From Octopus bimaculoides (Eukaryota): 49,213 nucleotides of DNA. The position numbers were made by a program, and so were the translations under genes. The first letter of the stretch is position 1. The number at the start of each line of letters is the position of its first letter. Positions 23,601 to 35,300 of this stretch are shown here, one piece after another. Location of the stretch: the NCBI RefSeq assembly GCF_001194135.2, contig NC_069003.1, forward strand, positions 7,063,631 through 7,112,843, written 5' to 3'. A model generated the notes under the pieces. The model did no database searches and was not told the DNA's origin. It saw only the letters and a program-made list of their open reading frames with translations.

Positions 23601-25845
23601 TTTTATTTGTTTCAGTCGTTTGAGTGCAGCCATGCTGGGGCATCCATGAACAAAACTATAACATCTTCACATGTCGTATTTTCTTTGCAATTTATATATA
23701 TATATATATATATATATAAATTGCTTGCGTTGTGCCAAAATTTGAAACCATTATTAATCAACTCCTTTTTTTTTTTTCTTTTTTTTCTATAAAGAATCTG
23801 CATTGTGATTATACTGAATTATTGCGGGGGAATGAAGTGGATGAACACATTTCGGATAATTCTCAAGAAATGGACACATCATGGCTGTGTAAACCTGCTT
23901 CCTCCAGATATCCATGGAAGAAGAATGATATACCTCCTGATAAATACAGTGTTGTCAACATATTCACATCAAAATATAGGACATGCAACAACACAGGTGA
24001 AATTATCATTTATTATTATTATTATTATTATAACTAATAATATTGTTAGGGTGGCAAGTTGGCAAGAATGTTAACATGTCAGACAAAATGCTTAGCAGCA
24101 TTTTGTCTGTCTTCACGTTCTAGGTTCAACTTTGAGGTCGACTTTGCTTTTCATCCTTTGGGGGTGTCTATAAATTAAGTACCAGTTACACACTGGGGTC
24201 AGTGTAATCAACTAGTCCCCTCCCTCTGAAATTTTCAGGCCTTGTGTCTTTAGTAGAAAGGATTATCATCATCATCAACAACAGCAGCAACAACAACAAA
24301 GTGGCAAGCTTTGTTAGCATGCCAGGTGAAATGCTTTGCTGCTACGTTCTGAGTTCAAATTCTGCCAAGGTCAACTTTGCTTTTCTTCCTTTCAGGGTTG
24401 ATAAATTACGTACCAGTTACACACTGGGGTCAGTGTAATTGACTAGTCCCCTGCCCCCAAATTTCAGGCCTTGTACCCATAGTAGAAAAGATTATTATTA
24501 TTATTACTGTTATTAGTGTGGATAGCTGGCAGGAATGTTAACACACCAGGCAAAAATGTTTAGCGACATTTTGTCCATCTTCACTTTTTGGGTTCAAATT
24601 CCATCGAGACCAACTTAACCTGTCGTCCTTATGGGGTCTATAAATTAAGTACCAGTTGAAGACTGGGGTTGATGTAATCGACTTACCAACTCCCCCAAAG
24701 TTGCTGGCTCTGTGCCCAAATATGAAATCCTCATCATCATCATCATCATCATTATTACCTCTCATTTAGCTAATCATGGGGGTGTACAGATTCCCCATAC
24801 AACATTTACGTTCTGAGCACTAGTGTAGCACTAGTGGGTGGTGGTAGGAGTGGTCTGCCTCAGGTGGCACTTTTGGGTCTGCAGTAGCCAATATGTGTTT
24901 TTTGGGGGGCGGAGGTCCGGGGGCAACAAACGGAAGGGCCGCACTGGGCAGCACACACTTTGGCTATGCTAATGGTTCTGAGTTGAAATTCCATCGACAT
25001 CATCTTTGCCTGTCATCCTTCCAGAGTTGATGATATAAGCACCTAGGTCAGATGAATCGGAACCCTCGTCATCAAAGCTGACAGAGTGTCATTGTCCGTC
25101 GTCATTATCGTCGTCCTCATTATATATATATATATTATGACACATACTTTTAAAAATACATTACAGAAACAGAAGATTCAGCCCAACAGGAAACACCAAG
25201 TTTGGAGAATTCTCAGCCGAAGCCATTAATTTCTTCTTTGTTACATTTGAACACTAACGACTTAAATGTACCTCCACCACAACACCACCGTCCAACCAGC
25301 CAGCTGCTGGAAAATATTCACAGTGGACTGCCACGTTTAAAGGCCCCTACAGCATTCAGCGTGAACCCATCCGTGAGCTTGGACACGTTTGAGAGGAATA
25401 ACAGTTGCAAGCGTGAGATGTATGATGTAATGGCAACCGCTTCGCTGATTAGTTTACCTTCTCAAAAGATTTCGTTAGTCGGTGGTGAAAGTAAAGAAAT
25501 CCACTCTGATAAGTTACCTGAAGAAATTCACACGTCTTCCAGAATAAAATCGTAAGTCTAATTCTATTAATGCCCCCACCACCACCACCACCACCACCAC
25601 NNNNNNNNNNNNNNNNNNNNNNCCTTTGTTAATCTTTTTACTTGTTTCAGCCACTTGACTGTGGCCATGCTGGAGCACCGCCTTAAAGGTTTTTTTTTAG
25701 TTGAAGAAATCGACCACCAGGACTTATTTTTTATAAGCCTGATACTTATTCTATTGTTCTCTTTATGCCAAACTGCTAAGTTACAGGGACGAAAACACAC
25801 CGACACTTGTTGTCAAGCAATGGTGGCAGGGTCAAACATAAATAG

Positions 25846-25879
<34 letters not shown>

Positions 25880-28800
25880 GATGGGGTTTCTTTCAGTTTC
25901 TATCTACCAAATCCACTCACAAGGCTTTGGTTAGCCTGAGGCTGTAGTAAAAGACACTTGCTCAAGGTGTCACACAGTGGGACTGAACATGGAACCACAT
26001 GATTGGGGAGCAAGCTTGTTACCACACAGCCACACCTGTGCCTATGTTTTTTTCATCATCATTGCCATTTAATGTCTGTTTCCCATGCTGGCATGGGTTG
26101 CACGGTTTGACTGAGGACTGGCAAGCCAGAGAGCTGCACCAGGCTCTAGTTGTCTGTTTTGGCATGGTCTCTATGGCTGGATGCCCTTCCTAATGACAAC
26201 CACTTTACAGAGAGTACTGGGTGCTTTTTTTTTTGTGACACCGGCACAGGTGCTTTTTACTTGGCACCAGCACTGGTGGTTTTTATCTGGAGCCAGTATG
26301 GGTGTTTTATACATGACATAAGCACATGGAACCAACACAGGTGCTTCTTATGTGACACCAGCACAGGTGATTTTACATGACAGGAGCTTGGGTGCTTTTT
26401 TTTACATGCTACCAGCACAGGTGTTTTTGCTATGGCACCAGCATAGATGCTTTTGTTGTGGCACCAGCACCAATGGGGTCACTAAGTAGCTTGCAAGACA
26501 GATCTTTCAGCTGAGAGAGGGAGTGGAAGTGAGGGAGGTGGCTGTGTTCCAGGTGAGAGGTTAGGCATTTTCAATTTCCACAATTTTTTTATTTTCACTC
26601 CACCCTAGACTACACAATCTATATACCTGCACCCACAAACATGTGTCCAGTCCTTGATGTTGTCGAGCCAGGATTTCCTCTGCTTTTTCCTATGCCTGCC
26701 CTCAACTGTGTCCTGAAGAATGGTTTTGGGCAGAGAGTTGTGGCAGGGTACATGACCGTACCAGACAAGCTTCTCTCTTTTTACTTGCATAAGGAGTGGT
26801 TCCTGTCTGCCAGTGTATCTGTTCTCTTGCTGCTTAACAAAGCTGCTCATTTTGTGCCCTGTGTAGAGGATGTGTAATAGCCCTCTAAAGCATTTGTACT
26901 TAAATGCCTTGATTCTTCACTCCATGTCAGTTTCCAACAAGAGGATTGAGCAAAATATATGAGACTCTTCCATGATTTAGCTTGGAAAATGGTCTTGAGA
27001 TAATTGGCTGTGGTGCTGTAATGGTAATGAGTCTAATTTGCATTTCCTTGCCAAACCTAATTCCATTTTAGCGTTTTTTTATAAACAAAATACATTACTG
27101 TTATGCATGTATGCGCAACACTGCTATTGTGTGTGTGTGTGTAGTGTATATTGCTTTTGTGTGTGTGACATGCGCTACTGTTCCTCTGTGTGTGTGTATG
27201 TGTGTGGTAACACATAACGCTGTGTAACCCTAATTTTTTCTGTCTGCAGCTCGTATTCCGTCAATCCAGTCATCCAAACCAATGGAGACTGCTATGGTTT
27301 GCAGGATTTACATTCATCATCATCATGGTAAGTTTATTGTCAATTTCTACTCTAGATTCTTACCTAAAATAGTTTTTTTTTTTAATAAAATAAACTGAGT
27401 CATGAAATATTTTTTAATGAATATAATTAACTTTATATGTTTCTTTATTTATTTTTATTTCGAAATATCATATCAGACTATGGATGATTAAATTACAACA
27501 GCTATTATAGTCCATTGTTTGTATTATAGTGTATTGTTGTGTCATTCAAAACATTTTATTCTTCATATATATATGGCACCAGCACAGGTGCTTTTAATAT
27601 GGCACCAGCACAGGTGCTTTTAATATGGCTCCAGCACAGGTGCTTTTAATATGGCACCAGCACAGGTGCTTTTAATATGGCACCAGCACAGGTGCTTTTA
27701 ATATGGCTCCAGCACAGGTGCTTTTATTATGGCACCAGCACAGGTGCTTTTAATATGGCNNNNNNNNNNNNNNNNNNNNNNNNNNNNNNNNNNNNNNNNN
27801 NNNNNNNNNNNNNNNNNNNNNNNNNNNNNNNNNNNNNNNNNNNNNNNNNNNNNNNNNNNNNNNNNNNNNNNNNNNNNNNNNNNNNNNNNNNNNNNNNNNN
27901 NNNNNNNNNNNNNNNNNNNNNNNNNNNNNNNNNNNNNNNNNNNNNNNNNNNNNNNNNNNNNNNNNNNNNNNNNNNNNNNNNNNNNNNNNNNNNNNNNNNN
28001 NNNNNNNNNNNNNNNNNNNNNNNNNNNNNNNNNNNNNNNNNNNNNNNNNNNNNNNNNNNNNNNNNNNNNNNNNNNNNNNNNNNNNNNNNNNNNNNNNNNN
28101 NNNNNNNNNNNNNNNNNNNNNNNNNNNNNNNNNNNNNNNNNNNNNNNNNNNNNNNNNNNNNNNNNNNNNNNNNNNNNNNNNNNNNNNNNNNNNNNNNNNN
28201 NNNNNNNNNNNNNNNNNNNNNNNNNNNNNNNNNNNNNNNNNNNNNNNNNNNNNNNNNNNNNNNNNNNNNNNNNNNNNNNNNNNNNNNNNNNNNNNNNNNN
28301 NNNNNNNNNNNNNNNNNNNNNNNNNNNNNNNNNNNNNNNNNNNNNNNNNNNNNNNNNNNNNNNNNNNNNNNNNNNNNNNNNNNNNNNNNNNNNNNNNNNN
28401 NNNNNNNNNNNNNNNNNNNNNNNNNNNNNNNNNNNNNNNNNNNNNNNNNNNNNNNNNNNNNNNNNNNNNNNNTATATGGCACCAGCACAGGTGCTTTTAA
28501 TATGGCACCAGCACAGGTGCTTTTAATATGGCTCCAGCACAGGTGCTTTTAATATGGCACCAGCACAGTTGCTTGTAATATGGCTCCAGCACAGGTGCTT
28601 TTAATATGGCTCCAGCACAGGTGCTTTTAATATGGCTCCAGCACAGGTGCCTTTAATATGGCTCCAGCACAGGTGCCTTTAATATGGCTCCAGTACAGGT
28701 GCTTGTGGGAGCAACACTTCATTGCAGGCCTCGTCTGGGTTAGTATTTGTTATGGGCCAAAATATTTTCCGGCTCCAAAGAGGAAACTCAGACTGAAATC

Positions 28801-29457
28801 TTGAGGGTATAGATTCACAAGGAGAGAACCCTCGCTGATGTTAGGGGCCTAACATTTGTAACACTCTTGAGAGCTCTAGTTGTGTAATGTTCAAGTTGAT
28901 GGATGGCGATTGTAGAAGTTAGCCTCTGCACTAGTAACACAAGTATTTATATTCGTAGCAAGGTGGACTGAGCCGGCAGTAAAAATTGTCTGTCTTTATC
29001 TTATTATACTTTGATATTTCAGTGGAGACAGTGAAGCAGAAAATCAATCAACCATCGAGATGTCCTCACAGATTCTTTCCAGTGTCGGAGATGGTACAGA
29101 CTCTGATGTTTCGAGTTTACAGAATGATTTGCCAAGTAAATCCATGTGCCCCTATCAGTCTCAGGTGAGAGTTTAATTCATGTGATCTTCTCTTAGATCC
29201 CTTTGTGGCTCCTTTCTCATTTCTCAAGTGTTACCTGTCTTCGAGACGCCACTGGTTTAGGGGTTCACTGTGGCACAACTGGCAACTGCCTTTTTATGTA
29301 GTATACCCAGGATTAGTCAGTTTGGCAACTTTGTTATGTGCATCATCATAATAATAATCATCATCATCATTTTAATACCCACTTGGCGTCACTGATTTGA
29401 CTCTGGTTTATTTGACATTCAGCATTTTAATGTTTCTTTCATTTTAATATTTCTTTT

Positions 29458-29512
<55 letters not shown>

Positions 29513-29836
29513 AGCTCTATTTATCTATCTATTTGTCTGTCTCTGTATATCTATCTGTCTGTTTGTCTGTTTGGTTTGTTTACCTATGTATCTGTCTGTC
29601 TGTTTATCTATCTGTATGTATGTATGTATCTCTCTCTCTCTCTCTCTCTCTCTATCTAACTATCTATCTATCTATCTTTCTATCTATCTATCTATCTATC
29701 TATCTATGTATCTATCTCTCTCTCTCTCTCTGTTTCTGTCTGTCTGTCTGTCTATATATGTGTGTGTGTGTGTGTGCACGTGCATGTCTATCCTATCCTT
29801 TCTCTCTGTATGTGCACATTTCTGCATGCATACATC

Positions 29837-29889
<53 letters not shown>

Positions 29890-32317
29890 ATGCCAAGAAA
29901 TACCAGTGCCATGAAATACCATCTCCAAAATCACTTCAGTATCAAGTCATCCATGCCAAACCATCACCATCCACACAACCACACTCAGTCGCCCCGTTCC
30001 ACCCTTAACGCATACATGGATATATATCTGGGTAGAAACAATTTGGATTGTAAAGTAACGACAGTATTGTCAACATGGGTGTTTCATTCCTCGAATCTTT
30101 GAATCTTCGTTTCCTTTACCAGTTTCCTGCCATTGGTGGCTACTCCACAAAAGAAGGTGACCCTATTGAGAGCCCTATGAAAAAGTATTCCCCTGCACAG
30201 CTTCCAATGAAGCTACGTGCTGAGCTGTATAACTGGGAACAGACAGTGGAGTCCATATCGTTAGCTCAACAGGAAACGTTTTCGTTGGGCAGAATATTTC
30301 AGGTAAGACAGTTTTATTTTTACTTCGTTTTTGTATCTGGTTTGCAAGATTCTTTATGTGAATTTGTGTGTTGAAACAAATTTTGTTGTGTCTAGGGAGA
30401 GTCATTATGCCAATATTATTAACACATGCCTTCCAGCACTTGTGCTGGTGGCACGTTAGAAAATCATTCGAGCGAGGTCATTGCCAGTGCCGCTGGACTG
30501 GCTCCCATGCAGGTGGCACGTAAAAAACACCGTTTTGAGCGTGGCCGTTACCAGTACCATGTGACTGGCCCTCGTGCCGGTGGCACGTAAAAAGCACCCA
30601 CTACACTCTCAGAGTGATTGGCATTAGGAAGGGCATCCAGCTGTAGAAACTCTGCCAAATCAGATTGGAGCCTGGTGCAGCCTTCTGGCTTGCTAGTCCT
30701 CCGTCAAATCGTCCAACCCATGCTAGCATGGAGAGCGGATGTTATGCGATGATGATGATGATGATGATGATGATGCACCAGTTCAATTCCATTTATTTAT
30801 TAAAGATCCAATGTTTTTGTTTGCCAAAGCTCATTCATTGCTTCTTGCAGCAGTCTCAGTGACAAGCAAAAACAAAACAATTGGATATTGAATAAATGAG
30901 GAGTGGAATTGAACCAGTGTATGTGTGTTAATTATATTGGTGCAATGACTCTCCCTCGGCACAACAAAGTTTTATTTTTATTTTTTGTTATCAACCCTTT
31001 AAAAGTGTTTCAATTACTCTGCCAAATGTGAAACTTAATTATTCATGCTGTTTTGATTTAATCATACATTATCTCATAGCTTTGGGATTTCAATGTTATT
31101 GCCTATTTTTAGAATGATATTGTAGGGTAGGTGAGAGAAACCAGATCTGGCCAGTTTGAACATAAAACATATTTGGGCCAGATATGGTTGGCTTAAATGT
31201 ATGTGATAGTCGTAAACAAGTGTCACTGTCATACAAGCAGTGTCCTTCATTTCCAATTTCTGTGAAAAGATGTCTAGTCAAAGGAAAAATGTTACCTTAC
31301 TTGGAAACAGGTGAGGGTTCATGACAGAAGGGGCATCTGGCTGTTTAAAAAACCTGCCTCAACAAATTCTAACTCCTGTAAAGTGCAAAAAAGATCGGAC
31401 GTTAAAATGATATATATGTATATATACACACACACATAGACATATACATGTACACATATATACATATACAAGTGTGTGTGAGTGTGTTTATGTCTCCGTA
31501 TGTTGATATTGTGTGAGAGTTGTAAATGAACATCACTGTCACACAAGCAATTTCATTTGTTTCCGATTTTCAGTGAAGAACATGTCTGGCTATGGGGAAA
31601 AAAAATTACTTCGTTTGGAAACAGGTAAGGGTTGGTGAATGGAAGAGCATCCAGTCATAGATAATCTGCCTTGACAAATTCTCCCCTTTTGACCCATGCA
31701 AACATGGAAAAGTGAACATTAAATTAAAATGATGATGATGTTGATGATGATGATGATGTTACGTTATGTTTATAATTTCAGACTCAGAGTCAAAATCCTG
31801 AACCGAATTTGCATTACCTGGAGCAAATGCGACGTGCAATGGCTATGTTGGACAATAATACTACAAGTCGTGTCCCGCCAGCAGAACCGGTCATCTCATC
31901 TCCAGAGCATAGTGACCATTCCGGTGTACTGAAGAGCATTATGGCTGAAGACAAACAACCAGCATCTCAAAAGTCTTTCTCACATTATCATTCCCTCAAC
32001 AGCACAGTTACATCTCAGGTAAATGGTATTTCTCGGAGTGGTTGGTGTTAGGAAGGGCATCCAGCTGTAGAAACTTTGCCAGATCAGATTGGGGCCTGGT
32101 GCAGCCTTCTGGCTCACAAGTCCTCAGTCAAACCATCCAACCCATGCCTGGTTTGAGGCCCAACCTTCCGAGTTCTTTTACAGGTCTTAAAAAAGCTGAA
32201 GGACCACTACAGTAAGTGTGTGAATCTGAGAGGGGTATATGTTAAATAAAATCATAATTAACTGATCCTCCTGTATTTTCTTTTACCCAAAGCCAGGAAC
32301 TTTTCAGCACTCCCTCG

Positions 32318-32348
<31 letters not shown>

Positions 32349-35300
32349 ATNNNNNNNNNNNNNNNNNNNNNNNNNNNNNNNNNNNNNNNNNNNNNNNNNN
32401 NNNNNNNNNNNNNNNNNNNNNNNNNNNNNNNNNNNNNNNNNNNNNNNNNNNNNNNNNNNNNNNNNNNNNNNNNNNNNNNNNNNNNNNNNNNNNNNNNNNN
32501 NNNNNNNNNNNNNNNNNNNNNNNNNNNNNNNNNNNNNNNNNNNNNNNNNNNNNNNNNNNNNNNNNNNNNNNNNNNNNNNNNNNNNNNNNNNNNNNNNNNN
32601 NNNNNNNNNNNNNNNNNNNNNNNNNNNNNNNNNNNNNNNNNNNNNNNNNNNNNNNNNNNNNNNNNNNNNNNNNNNNNNNNNNNNNNNNNNNNNNNNNNNN
32701 NNNNNNNNNNNNNNNNNNNNNNNNNNNNNNNNNNNNNNNNNNNNNNNNNNNNNNNNNNNNNNNNNNNNNNNNNNNNNNNNNNNNNNNNNNNNNNNNNNNN
32801 NNNNNNNNNNNNNNNNNNNNNNNNNNNNNNNNNNNNNNNNNNNNNNNNNNNNNNNNNNNNNNNNNNNNNNNNNNNNNNNNNNNNNNNNNNNNNNNNNNNN
32901 NNNNNNNNNNNNNNNNNNNNNNNNNNNNNNNNNNNNNNNNNNNNNNNNNNNNNNNNNNNNNNNNNNNNNNNNNNNNNNNNNNNNNNNNNNNNNNNNNNNN
33001 NNNNNNNNNNNNACCAGGCTCCAATCTGATCTGGCAGAGTTTCTACAGCCGGATGCCCTTCCTAATGCCAACCACTCCGAGAGTGTAGTGGGTGCTTTTA
33101 TGTGCCACCGACACGAGGGCCAGACAGGCGGTACTGGCGACGGCCACGCTCAAATGGTGTTTTTTATGTACCACCTGCACAGGAGCCAGTCCAGTAGCAC
33201 AGGCAATGACCTCACTTGAATGTTCTTTCACGTGCCAGTAAGGCGACGCTGGGAACAATCATGCTCGAATGGTGCTTTTTATGTGCCACCGGCACGGAAG
33301 CCAGTCAGTGGCCCTGGCAACGACCACGCTCGGATGGTGCTTTAACGTTCCATGTGATTGCAAGGGAAACTTCTGATCACACAGCCATACTTGTGCTTAT
33401 AATTACAACAAGTAAAACCAACACACACACACACACACACACATGCATGCACGTGCGTGCGTGCCTGACATAAGCAGGACTTGAGTTTGTAGTGATTTAC
33501 TCCACCAGAAATATTCTCGTGTTTATTGCCCATAAATGAAATGTCTTCTTCTCATTTTTTTCATCCATTAAATTCTCAGCCATTCCCACCGAGCAAGTTC
33601 ACAGAGGAGCAGCAGCAATTTCATAAAGACACTCAGTGATGCAAAGAACCATTCTGACAGTTCTTCTGGTACAGTAACAGAAGATATTTCCGGTAAGTGT
33701 CGCTCCAGTTTATCAGTAGCATTTCAATTTGAACACATGCCTTTCACCATCACCATCATCCTCCTCATCATGATCCATTTTTCTGCAGATTTTTCACATT
33801 CAGTCTCCATGCGCCCCCACAAATCGTCCACTTTCAGTATTTATATTTTCACAGATTTTTCCACATCCAATATCCATGTCTTCACAGACCTTCCACATTC
33901 ACTCTTCATTTCCACATTTAGTACCCATGTTTCCACAGACCCCCTACATTCAGTGTCCATGTATCACTACCATGTAGATGACACTTACACATGTTTCATA
34001 CAATCTGTCTTTTACACACCCATTGCCAACAAAATGTAATTATTTTCCAGATTTCTTTCACTCCGGTCTTACTGTTGTGCCAACCATTTCAGTAGAGTCC
34101 AATTTCCATTAGAGTCACTTCTATAATGGAGGACTCTAACAAACTGAACAGTTTAGGGACCTGTATTTCATACTTTTTTTATCTAGAAAAATCTTTTCTG
34201 TTGTTGTTCAATTTGAACTTGCAGCCAGTTCCGGTACTGAAGCCAGTTCCACGTCTCAGCCATCGAAATATCTCACTAAGACCAGTTCCTCATCAAAACG
34301 GAGAGTTCTACATAACAAGGAGAATCTACCGTCAAAGAAGGTAAATATGTTAAAGAATAAAAATTTTTAATGATTCGTGTTTAGCCTCCGACCACCACCA
34401 CCAGGTGGGCCCAAATTGACCAGGTCAAAAGTGATCAAAGGCATTCCAGTTGTGACCATTCCATTTTTTTTTTTTCCAAATATAATATCTATAAATTTAC
34501 AATGTTCATAGTGTTATTCCTTTTTAAGACATTAGTGTGATTTGAACACTAGGATTGATGTAATCAATTTACCCAGCCCCCGCCCCCAATTTCTGGCCTT
34601 GCGCCAAAATTTGAAATTAGTATTTAATCTTATCCTTGATTTCAAATGACACTAAATCCACTTAGCCTTTCCATTCCTCCAGGGTCAATGTGATAAAATG
34701 AGTACAATTCTGTTAATAAGGAATTGACTAAGAATGGCCGCCAATTAAGGGGCAGCAGTAACAGAATAATTGCCTTGCAATATTTAGTTTCATACCAAGA
34801 TTAACTTTGGTTTTCATCTCTCCAGGATTATTAAAATAATATATTCGGGTCTTCTCTGTAATCTCCTGTAAATGTTTTACTTTTCAATCATTACCAGAAA
34901 TATATATGGGTCTTCTCTGTAATTTCCTTAAAATGTTTTGTCTTTTAACAGTTGACCATGTTGCTAAGTAAGGAATCTAGTGTGTAAGCGGTTGTGTCTG
35001 GTAAGCTCCTTCATCACACAGCCAGTTTCACAACTTGATGTTTCCTTTCCAGTTGAAACAATTCCACCTCACTGATGTTGCTAATGACTTTGTTTTATTC
35101 TTTGTCTTAAGCAACATGTTGATGTAATACAATTCTATATTTCCAAGATGAGGAACTTTATTCTGTATGCTTTTTATATTAGCCAGACCAACTGGTGTCC
35201 TCATCTGATTGTTGCTCTCATTATATTTCAGCTGTTGTACACTTTTTCAGATGTCTTGTGTTGAACTCGGTTGTTGATTTGGAATTTCAAACCTAACCCT

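Noticed and set aside
27571-28704. CRISPR-like regular repeats
   Set aside because: Head-to-tail units with no unique spacers, no cas genes, eukaryotic intron
34317-34325. KEN box (APC/C degron)
   Set aside because: A three-residue motif is expected by chance in 1,400 aa, and conservation cannot be assessed here
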